In this document: positions 12,464 to 26,020 of the stretch, one piece after another
How positions within the stretch are numbered: position 1 is the first letter of the stretch
Layout: each line of letters opens with the position of its first letter
Assembly: GCA_034780895.1 (NCBI GenBank)
Contig: JAUZTB010000127.1
Location: 63,010,908 to 63,074,907 of the forward strand
Direction: 5' to 3'
Origin: Rhynchobatus australiae
Lineage: Eukaryota
DNA length: 64,000 nt
Position numbers and translations under genes: made by a program
Notes under the pieces: generated by a model
The model's database searches: none
What the model saw: the letters and a program-made list of their open reading frames with translations, nothing else
Told to the model about the DNA's origin: nothing

Positions 12464-15400
12464 NNNNNNNNNNNNNNNNNNNNNNNNNNNNNNNNNNNNN
12501 NNNNNNNNNNNNNNNNNNNNNNNNNNNNNNNNNNNNNNNNNNNNNNNNNNNNNNNNNNNNNNNACCCTTCTTTTCAAGTAGTGGTCCAATTCCCTTTTGA
12601 AAGCTACCAGTGAGTCTGCATCCAATATACTTTCTCATCAGTTAGTTCTATCACATTTGGTTTAATGGCAATTTCAATGAATTATCCAGTTGAAACAGTA
12701 TAGGATGGTTTAACTTACTATCCAGCTATATATGAATATTAGGCTATTTGCCAGCATTCCAAATGATGATTAGTTGAACAAATCCTTCCCTTTTGTTCAC
12801 AGAACATGCCTGTTGATTTTTGCACAATGGTAAATTGTGGAAACTAATCAGCTACATATAATCATCGGGTTTTGTTTGGGATGGCCATGAGTCATTTGGT
12901 TTTTTGGCTCCATTTATGCACCAGGTGTCAGGAAATTCCAGAATGAGTTGCCTTTGCTGGATTTTGTCCCAGATGTCAATGTCCTTTGTTGGGACCAACT
13001 GTCCAATTAGGCCTCAGCTCCTTGTATGCGGAATTGTGAAATGGTTTAATCTCCTTTGTTAGGCAGATTCAAGCTCATCAAGAAAGGCAGCAGCATTAAT
13101 AAATTCCCATAGAAGGTTTGACCAACCAACATCAAATGTCTGCCTACTGTTGTGATGCAGTAAGCTATAATTTTCCTTTTTATTTATTTGTATCTTAAAT
13201 AAACTTTTCTCTATATCTGAAAAGATTCAAAATAGGTTCAGGGAATAAAGCAGTCAAAGAAACTTTAGAGATTAATTACTGGAAATACTGGAGGATATTT
13301 TTCCAAACACCTGTGGATAAGGGGGAAATACTATGCCATGTGTAACATCCAGAAAGTATGTGTTCCCAGATTTGGTATGGTGTTATGCCATGCGATGTCA
13401 GCGTGTGAAAGGCCCAACAAAATGCTTTAAGTTGGTAATCAAACCTTAACTTTGTCATCCCTGGGCAGTTCACCCCTTGTGTAGTATTCTTTACAGGCCA
13501 TTAAATATTTCCAATCTCTCAATTTTGAGAGATCTTCCTTTTGTGAGCTTTTAAGAGTAAAAAAGTACAAAGTCATAGCAACTGTCCAATCTTCCTTCTA
13601 CTTTCAATTTTGTGCTGTTTAACATAAGGCAAAGTGCATCAGGATCAAACTGGAACCATCTCATTCTCTGTGGTTCAGCAATTCACTGACTGTCAGACTT
13701 TCTCTTCGGAACAAAAATGTGAATTATATCCATCAAATATTACATTTAATTTAGTGCTTTTAATATAATCTTCAATATACTCTGGTTCATTAATAAAATT
13801 AAATGATTGAAGTGATGCTCTAAAATCAGTAGTGGGACATTTCACATCAATACACATTAATGTAATGTTATCCTTTACAGTATTTTCACATCTTTTTGCT
13901 GCAAATTATAGAGAAGATCTGAATATTTTAGAGAGTAAAGCTGTCATATTCTTTAACAGCTAGACAAAGTAGATGAATAGGATAAAGGAATTTGGATACT
14001 GCATAATTCTCAAAATATTTCAATTTGTGTCAAGATCAGTAATGCACCATTATATTTGAAACACAAAATAATCAGTTAATTTTGAGTTAAGTACATCAGC
14101 TTGTATATGAGCATATAACAAAGGTTTACTTAGCAGCTTGGTAATATTAAAGCATGGAATTTATTTTTGTTTTATAAGAAAAAGGTGTAGAATGTGAGCT
14201 CAGACTAGCCATAGGGTTGTCATTAATCTTTGCTATAAAACTGTTCCAAATAGCAGGAACTGCTGAACATTAGTTCTGGTTAAAATTATCATTATTCAAC
14301 AGTCCAGTCGGGTATTACTATGTTGGTGCATTACACCTAGGTTTCAGGGTTAAAAGTTGCAGAAACTGGCTGTCAGATGTGATTGGTTGCTATTCACAGC
14401 AAAATATTGGAGTGGGAAAAAGAAAGTTATTACTGCCATGCAATGAAAGCAAATAGTCAAAAAAGATGGAACACCGATAGGTTTAAATGGCATACATCAA
14501 AAATTAACGAACAAAAATTCAAACTTATTTTAATCTGAGATAATAAAATGACTTCTTAATTGATCTATTTGTCAGAAAGATGCTTGGATTTTTGGAATCC
14601 AAGCATACATGCTCTCTTCCTTTGCTCTGATATAAAGGTTACATTGTCACAGAACTGTAACTCAGAGATTTGTTTGTACTGCACTTTTAATGCAGAAGAC
14701 TAGGTTCCACAATAAATCATCATTTATGTTTTGACAGCTTTATCGATCATGAGAAAAGCTTTTCTATGGAGAGATCTGAAAGATTGATCAGAATTATTTT
14801 GCTGACTGAATGTCAACTTCTCCCACCTGCCATCTGTGACCTCAAAATTGTACAGAGTCAACATCAATTGCCCTCATATCATCTTTGAGTCTTAATTGTC
14901 TTCCTCTTTCCAACAGTGTAGAAGAGATCTGCTTGTGACATACACCTAGTGCCATATGCAGAAGCCAAACTAAAGTCAACACTACTGGAGACAAGGTGGT
15001 AACTACTCAAAATTTCACTCATTAGGATCACTATTAACTATTCCCTCAAGCACTTCATATAATTGCAATGTATTTGCACTGTGTTCTCTCTTGGACTGTA
15101 ATAACTTTATAGCCCAAAGTACGATTTTAGTAAAAGTTGANNNNNNNNNNNNNNNNNNNNNNNNNTACTAAGCACTGCACTGATGCCCGCTCTTGCGCGC
15201 GTCAAGAGGAGTGCATTTCAAATGGAGGGCATTTCATCAACCTTTAGTATCAGCAACAGTTTTCCTAGTAGGTACTTTGATAACGTGCTCAGCTTGTGAT
15301 TCATGACAATAATTATTGATGTTAAAGAAATATGAATCATATAGATAATCAAAGTATTTCAATTTGTGTCAGAGCTTGGCGCAGCAATGGAAAAGCCCAA

Positions 15401-18400
15401 TAGGAAGTTCAGAGATGCTACAACAGTAGAAGTCATGCACTTATCTTTCATCTGGGTTCCATGGTGAGTCTTTAATCCAAAGGAGCAAGTATCAAGGACA
15501 CTAGGGGACAGTGAATTGTCACTGATTCCTCCTCTTGATGTCAGTTTGATCACCAATAAGTACACATTTACTGGCCCTATACCAACAAGAGAAGACATAA
15601 AAGAGGCATTGGCTGGAATGTGCCACCAGAGAATAATTCTTCATAGGAGTCATGCACAATTCGCCACAAATTGCTCTTGAAGTATTGGCACATTCCATAT
15701 ACTTTTTTCCCAAATCTAACAAATTCAACCACAATTCATTAAAAAATTGACATACTCCATACAATTTTAGTACAGTTTACTTGGTAATTGCTGCCAGACC
15801 AAGTGTCTGACTGTTCTCACGAAGTGACCAATGCATGTAATTTTAATGCTCATAACCATGCAACTTTTGGGTTGTGTACTAAATGCTGATACTATATAAA
15901 ATTCAAACCCAACCCTAGACAGCCTTAATCCTTTCACATGATTAAAATGGAGGTGGGGTATGGAAGGACAGAGCCAGAATAACCAGTCTGCTCTCTGAGG
16001 TGGGTTAGCTGCTGAAAGATTTTAAAGAGGTCCATGCCTCTAATTCTGCTTATAACTTCTGGGAAACGTGGTAGATAAAAGGAAGCAAGAAGGACTGAAT
16101 TGGTGAAGTGTGTGCTATTGCCATATTGTTTATGGACTAGGAGGCACAGTTGTACAACCTCCAGGCCCAAATTACTACCTAGTACAGCCACACACCACAG
16201 AAATGCTTTACACCCTCCCTGCAACCAACATTAGNNNNNNNNNNNNNNNNNNNNNNNNNNNNNNNNNNNNNNNNNNNNNNNNNNNNNNNNNNNNNNNNNN
16301 NNNNNNNNNNNNNNNNNNNNNNNNNNNNNNNNNNNNNNNNNNNNNNNNNNNNNNNNNNNNNNNNNNNNNNNNNNNNNNNNNNNNNNNNNNNNNNNNNNNN
16401 NNNNNNNNNNNNNNNNNNNNNNNNNNNNNNNNNNNNNNNNNNNNNNNNNNNNNNNNNNNNNNNNNNNNNNNNNNNNNNNNNNNNNNNNNNNNNNNNNNNN
16501 NNNNNNNNNNNNNNNNNNNNNNNNNNNNNNNNNNNNNNNNNNNNNNNNNNNNNNNNNNNNNNNNNNNNNNNNNNNNNNNNNNNNNNNNNNNNNNNNNNNN
16601 NNNNNNNNNNNNNNNNNNNNNNNNNNNNNNNNNNNNNNNNNNNNNNNNNNNNNNNNNNNNNNNNNNNNNNNNNNNNNNNNNNNNNNNNNNNNNNNNNNNN
16701 NNNNNNNNNNNNNNNNNNNNNNNNNNNNNNNNNNNNNNNNNNNNNNNNNNNNNNNNNNCTCTGTTCTTTTTTGCCCCTGTGACAAGGTCACATCCTCTCG
16801 TCGCTTCAAGTGCACTTTTTATCTCTAATTTTTTTTAGCTGGTAAAGTGTTTAAAAAAACTCAGGAAATGTCCCACACTGAACAAACCCACAGCACTTGT
16901 TTCACTGTCAGTAGCCATATCAAGTGTTTTGCACCTGTTTTTTCTCTCCAAAGACCTAATTCTACCTGACAATGATGGATTGGAAGTTTGCTACAGGGAA
17001 ACCTTTAGCCAATACACTAAGTGAAAGTACATACACTGGACTTTACAAGCAAACTTCAAAATTTGCATCAAGCATTGTGAATGTGAGACAATATTTCTGA
17101 AAAATGTGAAAATATTTTGTAATTTTCACCTTTAGTTTTTCTACCACCTCTCAATGTGCCCTTGTTTGCTCCAAGCTTCTTTCACAGTATCACTCACAAT
17201 TTTTCAGCCAAGAAGGGCTAGGTAACATGCTCTCAAGTGTTGTTAATGCTTTTGGATGAGACTAGAAAACACCTGAGCAGTAAGGGCGCTCTTTCTTACA
17301 ATCCACTCTGTGGGGTGACACTGTGGGCTCCCCTAATATNNNNNNNNNNNNNNNNNNNNNNNNNNNNNNNNNNNNNNNNNNNNNNNNNNNNNNNNNNNNN
17401 NNNNNNNNNNNNNNNNNNNNNNNNNNNNNNNNNNNNNNNNNNNNNNNNNNNNNNNNNNNNNNNNNNNNNNNNNNNNNNNNNNNNNNNNNNNNNNNNNNNN
17501 NNNNNNNNNNNNNNNNNNNNNNNNNNNNNNNNNCTACCAAACCTTTACCATGACCATCTGCTTCAGCTTTGCTCTCTGCATCCTATATAGGAAGTTATTT
17601 GCTTTGGCTAGTTTGGATTTGTCTCAAATGCAAATCATGGATTATATTCCATCAAAATTAAATTTTCTCCACATTGGTATTTTACTTTATTTTATATCTA
17701 AGTTAACCCCAATTAAAATGAATAGTTAAATTCTACCTTCAGTGAGAGAACACCACATTTATCTGACATTTTCTTACCATAGCAGTGTCAGTAGATTCAT
17801 GACTGTGGCCCAGAACTTGTACCACACAGTGCAATGATTTTGTGCACTACATGATGCAACTTTGTCAGAAAATAACATGCAGAGCATACCATGAACACTG
17901 TGGTTTTCATTCCAGGTCATCCACGTAACTAATGCACCACTCACAGAGGTGATCAGATATGTAAAATGGTGCTCAATGGCATGCATCAAAAACCTTGACA
18001 CCTTTTCTGTGATTTTCATCCACACAAGCAGGGCCCATGGACAGTGTGGGCCAATTGCACAGAAGCAGGTCATCACAGCACTTGTGAGGCCTACTGTGCC
18101 ATTACTTNNNNNNNNNNNNNGAACATGACTTTCATGATGACTCCTCTTTGGGATCTCAAACCCCACACCCTCAGCTACAAACTACCCTCTCCCAACCTGA
18201 CCATTAGCCCTATTGTCACTACCCAATTGGCCTTGACCCAACCACCCACACAACCCCCCGACTTGACCCTTAAGATCCTAAATGGTCTCTTTACTAACAC
18301 ACTTCTCACCTGCCCCCCAGGCACCTCTCCCTCCCAAACAGACTTATGGCCCATGAGTTATCCTTCATGGGAAGGAAAGGCTTCTAGTGTTCAAAATAAG

Positions 18401-19254
18401 CAAGGCCTGATATGAAATATACAGTGCCTTGGGCATTGTGTGCTGTAGAATATGGCAGTGAACACTAATTGGCCCACCGTCCACTGCCTACTTAACACAT
18501 CTTTCCTTATGTCAATCAATTTCAAGGCCTTTAATTGCACTGTACTGGGTTTTGTATATTAATCTCATTGAATAAGAAGGGCTTATAGTTGCATACAAAA
18601 TTTTGGATCAATGTTAATAATGGCAATGAGAATTCCTGATGAGATCAATGCCTAAAAATGCAAAATCTTTATTGTAAGCTTCTCCCTGTGATTAAATGGA
18701 AGGAAATGACTGCAGCTGGAAACGTTATGCAACAATCTATCAATCCTAATGTATAAAATATTTCATTCTTTATTTGGACATTCGCATGGTAACACTGACC
18801 CAACTTATAGCAACTACTACATATTGATGAGTAAAATGTCGTTAGTTTTGTTTAAGAGCTCTCAGATCACCAACTGAAACATATTTTGCAAATGTCCCAG
18901 TTAATGTTTTGCCAATGTCCATGAAACTGTACACCACTATTGAATTCTTTCTATTTTAAGGTCATTCACTTATATATTTGTTCCTGAGTATTTTAACATT
19001 GACATTAATCCATTTAAAAGTCATAGTAAAAGAAACAGGGCTAAGATATCAGGACTAGAATGAGTAAGACAGTGGTAGAAGAAAAATAACTGTTTCTAGA
19101 AGTGCATTGGAAAGTGACAAAGATGTTATTGACTTATCAGAACACGATTTTTCTGATGTATTCCTTAGGAGATAAAGCATGTTTGAGAGACAGTTATACA
19201 GTTGTTTATTTTTTCTTTTCCTTAAATTAAAACTAATTTAGGAATCTCTCCTAC

Positions 19255-19335
19255 CTTTCTCCTTTTGGCTTCTCTTTATATTGGGACCATTATCATGATC
19301 AATGATCTCCCCTTCTCTCGTCCCTGGCTGACCAG
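19255..19335 (-). CDS. DACH2: Dachshund-family short coding exon (81 nt, phase 1 to 1)
   Basis: Acceptor attctttgccaacag|CT, donor AAAG|gtagga. Joined to the previous exon's terminal T it reads (S)GQPGTREGEIIDHDNGPNIKRSQKEK with no stops. Resembles the recalled mouse Dach2 NREELIVDQDNGQSIKKFQRDNK and DACH1 PGPKEGDLAGHDMGHESKRMHIEK segments. Confidence 0.85.
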
Positions 19336-22300
19336 CTGTTGGCAAAGAATCACAGTGTTCCACAGTTTATTTCATCTGAAGCAATACCAGAAATTTTTGT
19401 TTAGCCATTCACATTCTTCCTCATTCTCACAAATACCAGACATTAAACATTTTAGTAACCTAACATCTGGAGGCCAATTTATTAACAGGATAAAATGTAT
19501 TTACATTTTTGTTTAAAAGCAACTTTATGGTCCTTTTTTCCCTAAGATAATAGTTGAAGACAAATTCTCTTACTTCACTAAAAATCAGATGGCAATGCAA
19601 TGCCATCTTGCTGGATGAGCTGCTATAGATATCATTTCCTCCTGCTGATTAAGGCTTTAAATAAGCCACTTTGAAACAAAAATTACTGTTGAAAAAAATA
19701 GAAACTCATCATCAAAATAATCATGCTATTTCCTGAGAAAATGTTTACTTTTTCAAATAATTACATAAAAATGTTTGTTTTGTTATTAACCTCTTCGTAT
19801 AACATCACAGGCATAGTTGCCAAATATTCTAAATGGAGAATTCATATTTTGTAATTTATTTTGAAATTATTTCTAATTATTTTTGCATATTCACTACATG
19901 AACTACACTTACAGGCTTAAAATCTCCTGTGAATACTTTGTGTTTATTTAATATGATGTATACTATTATTGGAAATAATTCTCACACACTGGCAATGTGG
20001 AATAGTACATATACTATTTTTTCCACTGAAGTCAATGGAAATGCAAATACAACAGGGTTTCTAATGAGCAGTTGGTCTCCCCTATCCTGCCCATTTATTG
20101 ACCAAGCAATGAAGGTGACAATAACCCCCAAATTGTATGTGTATATGGGCCAATTTTTTTCTGCAAATGGCAAATTTAGTGGGCCATTACTGGTTGTCAC
20201 ACTTACATAGTGACATCTTATGAATTGGATCATTGCAAATACAATNNNNNNNNNNNNNNNNNNNNNNNNNNNNNNNNNNNNNNNNNNNNNNNNNNNNNNN
20301 NNNNNNNNNNNNNNNNNNNNNNNNNNNNNNNNNNNNNNNNNNNNNGCAATAAGCTTTAACGCCTCCCTGTGAACTATTTAATCCAATTCAATATAAGAAA
20401 CCATTTGATGCATTCTTCTGATCAAAGATCGTCCAACGGTGTAAACAAAGGAGCAAAAAAAGTTACAATAAACCAGAGAAAGGATATATTAATTAAAGGA
20501 GAATATTGCTAGACCGATGTTCAGTGAACAAGTACAATAGATGTGTAGTCAAATGAATTGGATATGAGCAATATTCAAAATCTTGGATTATCAAAAATAA
20601 AGATTGTAAAATAATTAAAACAATTTTAAGAAAATTATGAAGTTATACTACATAATTTACTGTATTTTAAAATGACTTTGTTGCAGCCTTGTGTCCCTCT
20701 GAGAAGCTTAAGCCATCTGATTGGCCCAGTTCCCAGACCAATCAGGCTAGAGCATTCAGCATGCATCTGATGCATACCCTCTAAAACTATTCATGATTGA
20801 CGCAAGGCCAAGAGTCTAAATAACATAATGGGTCTTTCTCTTGATAAATCAATTCCTCCTGTAATCTGTTGTTCCAACTGGAAACTACTGGTGGAAAAAG
20901 CAGAAGGAAATTATTTCTCAGACCCTTTCTATACAAACCATCAACAGTGGGATAAAATATGAACTCGTGTGTAGGACCGTATGTGTGATCATGTAACATT
21001 CCATCTGTACTCTAGATCCTAATGCAATTATAGTACATGTGTTTCAGTTTCCAGAATACGGTTTGAAGCTACATCCTTCTGATTAGGAGGTAACAGTGCT
21101 ATTATTGAGACAAGGCCTTCAATGGCTACAAAATATCTTGTGAGATTATTGAACAAGGTGGTTCTTTTATCTTCCCCATAACTTAATCATAGTCCTTGTC
21201 CTTCTTCTACCTTTTCATTGCCATTGCTATTGTTACCTCTTCCTATATGAATTACCTGTTCAGCCCACTGATATTTCTCTTGGAAAGTGCAATCCCACTT
21301 TCCTCACCCATAAATCTCTATTCATTCACACCTTCTGCTCCCTATAGCGGTTAGTGAAAAGGCCAAAGGCTCTGAGTCCTCAAGTTATTTCCTACTTATT
21401 CTGCTCCAGTTTCTATTGGGGGTAGTTTTGGTCTAATTTTGAACAAACATTAAATTAAGAAGGGTGTCTATTTTCATTCTACTTTTCTGACAGACCAGCT
21501 ATCTATTGAACTCTCTCTTATCCCATATCTTTGTTTTCATTTTGTACTTCCTCCATCTACATATCCCCAGCAAAGCATACCTTTTGAAATACATCAAAAT
21601 ATATCAAGCTAAAGTAACAATGCATGTGCAGTCATGTCATGGTGATTCATTTCCCCACTGCTTCCTCCCACACCAACATCATACACATTTATAAAATAAC
21701 AACGTGAGCTTCAAATTTGCACTTAGTTTTCAAAAATATATTTAGAAATGCTATGCAACAGGAAGCTAAAGAATTGTGCTATCAAATTGGTTGGCTAAGA
21801 GGTAGGAATGTGTCCTGAAACATTAGTGTAATGGATAGGCTGAGGCTGCACAATCAAAATTTGGCTCAATCACAGCTATAGACAAAAATGTTGTCCAAAA
21901 CCCAGTATTTTGGAGAGGCTGAAGCCTTTAATATTAAGCTAAATGATAATATTAACATGCATTATAGGTCAGTTACATTGATAAATTCAATCATGTTATT
22001 GTGAATTAGCATTTATAAATTAAAATTTGTTTAAATTCGTTATGTTGATCATCGTAAATGGCAGTTACCAAGAGAGATTTTTAAAAATTTCAGCAAATCA
22101 GACATTTTTTTAAAGAGCCTAAGGCTCCAGGTTGCTTATCAGAGTGACATGTTTACATAAGCAAACCACATTGGAACTATGGGCACAGGAGTTTAGATAG
22201 AGACAATGTTGAAACAAAAAAAATACTGACAATAACTGTATACATATCCAAGATTAATGTAAATTTTCAATATTATGTAATTGTTATAATGTGCTTACTT

Positions 22301-22972
22301 TGCAGTTTCTACAGAAATCTTTACATACATTTCTTTCCAAATGCTGTCATTGGAGGAGTGCAGCCACAATTACAAATGTTTGACTTATAGTCTCAATGAC
22401 ATGAGAAATCTATGTAAATTGGCAGGTGTATAATGCTTGTGATCTATTTGTGGAGCCTAGAAATNNNNNNGCTTTTTAACATGTCATGTCATTTTTCTGT
22501 AAATCCACTCAACATTAAATTGCTAATTATAAGATTTGTAACATTTACATCACTTTTATTCATTCAATATCTCTGCTGATATCTACCCATTGATAACCAC
22601 TGCAATCTGCCAATGGAATTCAGCATATATATGTTACATAAACTTAACAATCTTGCAGCCTCAAAATGGGAAATTCAAGGTGACAAATGCTATCTTCAGG
22701 CTAGGTTATTGCTGGAACTTAGCAAACAAAATTTTCTGTCCTCTTTAATGGCATCACATAAGCCAGCACCAAAGTATAGACATTGTCAGATAAGAATAGA
22801 GAGAAAAATGTGCAACTCTGCAATAATCCACTCATTTATGTTAAGTTACAGAACCTGTATTTTATACTGAGGGTAAATTCTCAGAAATAATTAAATGATA
22901 CAAACAAGAGCTGGAATTTCTGGTCTGTGTATAATAGTTCATAATGTTTAACAACAAGAGGAACTTGCTTAC

Positions 22973-23108
22973 ATATTCTGTCAGAGGCAATGTCATGTTG
23001 GGATGGTGAGCTAGATACACTGCTGCTCTGGTGCGAAGATGGGTGACTCCCAGGCCGTTGACTATCTTCAAGGGATGGTTCTGGGGATGGGCTGTTATGA
23101 ACCCGCTC
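22973..23108 (-). CDS. DACH2: Dachshund-family internal coding exon (136 nt, phase 0 to 1), Ser/Pro-rich linker
   Basis: Encodes ERVHNSPSPEPSLEDSQRPGSHPSSHQSSSVSSSPSQHDIASDRI, matching the recalled DACH ERxPxSPSPAPSLEExxRPGSxxSSHxSSSVSSSP exon. Acceptor ttttgttctgccaccag|GAG, donor ATAT|gtaagc. Phase 0 matches the upstream exon. Confidence 0.95.
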
Positions 23109-23337
23109 CTGGTGGCAGAACAAAAATTCAAGAGGTTGTCCAAGTAGATGAGTGTAACCTTTACTGGCTTGTAGTGGCATTCCCTACATTCCGAAATACA
23201 AGGTTAATTTTCATTATTCATTCAGGTTTGTAAATATTTAAGTACATTGTTACTACTTATGATGAAAACACTAAGGTTTTACATTTCTATGAATTCCTAA
23301 GCCACTACAGGTATAATCAATAACACTGAGAATCCAG

Positions 23338-23550
23338 AGAAACAAAGGGCTGCAGATGCTGGAATCTAGATGGAAAACACAATGATGCTGGAGGAACTCA
23401 GTAAGCCAGGCAGCATCCNNNNNNNNNNNNNNNNNNNNNNNNNNNNTGGGTCAGAATAAGGGTCTTGACCCAAAATGTTGACCTCCTGCTTTTCTCCAAT
23501 GGATGCTGCCGGGCTTACTGAGTTCCTCCAGCATCATTGTGTTTTTCAAA
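23338..23550. mobile_element. Short fold-back (inverted) Penelope-like element with candidate target-site duplication
   Basis: 45-nt arms 23374-23418 and 23501-23545 are reverse complements with 1 mismatch. Flanked by tgagaatccag (23327-23337) and tgaaaatccag (23552-23562). Confidence 0.75.
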
Positions 23551-25749
23551 TTGAAAATCCAGCTTGCCATTAGTTTGTTAATATCTGAAAATCAATATAT
23601 TTTCTGCTTTTATTTTAATCTCACTTGTTGTAAACCAAACTCAAAAATAAGGGGAGTTTCCATGTAGATGCAATATTATGAAATATATGCAATGAAAAAT
23701 AACTTACTCCTTAGAATAAAGCTTACGCACCATTATGGCGGTTCCATTTATTAAGTCAAACATAAAATTCTTTCTAGAACTGCACTTAGTTTTATGCAGT
23801 TTTACCTCCAATACGCTTTGATCTGTGTAGGCTGGATTCTAACATAATTAAGTCTGAACTTACACAGCCTACGTTGTACTCCACATGCCTAAGGTCAAAT
23901 GGAATACTTGATCTGGTGAAAATAAAGTTGATTAAAAAAAAAACAGGAACTGTGAATTGGGAGCTCTTGTTGGACCCCCAAGAAAATCAATGTGTGTCCA
24001 GCAGGCTCAGGTTTTGTTTAAAGACAAGTGCCTCCAAAGGTTAAAGATCTGCAGTTTTAAAGAGCTTACTTGTGTGGAGACCATCTTGGCTATGACTTTA
24101 TCATAGACAGAATGGCCAACTCACATTCTGTGCTCCGAATGGATAAACAACAAACCTCTGTGCCATTTCCCAACCAATCATAAATCAATTGTAGCAAATT
24201 ACATTCCATGGTCCAATTGATGAAGCTCACATAAAGCTTATTTTAAACTTTAAAGTAAAGACTTAGCCCATTAAATTTTAAAAATATATAGAACAGTTAC
24301 ATGAATTAGAAATAAAACAAGGTAATTGTTTTAATGTTATGAGTTAAGAGAATGTTATGTTAAGAGGTCTTTAATATACATTGGTACTGAGGTTCAAAAG
24401 AGTAAAAGGGAAGATAAAGTAAGTGACCTTCAATCTGTGAATTAAAAGCATAAATATTATAGGAGGAAGGGAAATGCAAGAAGGTAAGGAATCCCATCAT
24501 TTGGAGATTCTGGGACAATACCAGGAATTGGGACCTTATAGGGAGGACAAAAATGCATTTTGGACGACATTGCTGGTGACAAGTAGAATTGTGAGTGTGA
24601 GAGGGAAATTCAAGAAAAAACAGAAAAGGTAGTATCAGAGAAAAGGAACGTCCACATGGGCTGTCCAATACAAGTTTTCAGGAAGTGCAAGAAGGTTTCA
24701 GGATAGCTTTACCAGATCTAAGGAAAGCTCTTGGAGGGACAAGGATTAACAAGTAAGAGGGGAAGAAAACAAACACTGTGAAAGAAATTAATATTTATAT
24801 CTCAGTGAGAGAATGTTCCAGTTCAGTTTTGCAAGGTTCCCCCTAACATGCCAGCAGAACATACCCTTAAAATCCCCAGTCGAGGGATTCTACAATACCC
24901 CAAATCTAAGTGCCAACAATTGTTCACAGTTGCACTGTCAGAAGATCCAGAAATCAATTTTGGGTTAAATGAAAGCAAAAATGAATCCCTTTTCTTGCAT
25001 CAACAAAATTAAAGCTATATTCATTCTACATTTGACTTATTGCATGATATTGACTGAAGAAGTTTGTACAGCAGGCAGTGTACAGCCAATAAAAGGAGTG
25101 AGGTCATTTGTTTCCATAATCACCCTTTTGACCCTTACAGGAAATAAGCCTGTGTTTAGCAGACTTGAACTGACTAGGTATTTGCCAGAAATACCCTGAA
25201 TGGGCATAAAATAAATTGCATTAGTCATGGGGTTATTTTAATAAACTATCTGGACAGTGAGCAGGTGCTAATCCCAGATAGAGTTCCATCTTCCAGCAAT
25301 ATAAATGTCAAAACTGCTAATGTCCGTATTCTTAAAGTAGCAGCACACTATAGAAATGTATATGATCTTTAATACAGTGGAGTGTCTTAAGCTATGCAAA
25401 GAATCCAGCTTTTTGCCTTTTTCAACTTCTGTCCTTGATTCCTCCATAAAATCTATTTACTTTGGGGATCAGAGTGATTGTTTACTATTTAGCAGTACCC
25501 TTCTTATAATTTATCTAAGGACTTCCCCCTTTCCAAAAGTTGCCTGGATAAAAACTGTGCCCAGTGTGGGTTACAGTCATTTCTGAATCCAGGTGAACAT
25601 CTGCCATGTGCTTTAAAATTCTTGCTTTGACATGGTGTCCTATTGTATTCATCACAATTAAAGTGTTTTCATTCACAGCAGATTGGTTTCATTTGCAATC
25701 ATTTATGATAGAAATAGGGCAGCAATTTTCCTTACACACAAAAAAAATC

Positions 25750-26020
25750 CACAAAAAGCAGTAGGATGGATGACGAGTTAATCTGTTTGTGACAACTGAG
25801 AGTAATGCCGGTCAGTCCACTGGGACACATCCCTGTTTCACTCTCAGCAGTGACTGAAAGCATCCAACTGAGCCACTGAAAGAGCAGATAGAGCCTTTAA
25901 CCGGATAGCTCCCTGATGTGACACTGGAGAGTTGGTCAGAATTTTATTCTCAGAATCTGCATTGAGGCTTAAATCCAAATTGTCCTAATGATGAGCACTG
26001 CTAATCAAGCCAAGCTGATA
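25750..26020 (-). mobile_element. Ancient Deu-domain SINE remnant (SacSINE1/AmnSINE1-like)
   Basis: Degenerate match to the recalled reverse consensus: gagcagatagagcctttaac...ctccctgatgtgacactggagagttggtcagaattttattctcagaatctg...gcactgctaatcaagccaagctga. Confidence 0.5.

Noticed and set aside
14580-14606. 11-bp perfect hairpin atgcttggatt/aatccaagcat
   Set aside because: Too short for a pre-miRNA; stems of this length can occur by chance or local template switching in 64 kb.
15188-15210. CpG-rich mini-hairpin ctcttgcgcgcgtcaagag
   Set aside because: Only a 6-bp stem next to a small gap; far too short for a CpG island or promoter.
18140-18340. C-rich tract giving a Pro/Thr-rich ORF (18044-18415)
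   Set aside because: Low-complexity composition explains the ORF; likely decayed repeat, with no coding evidence.
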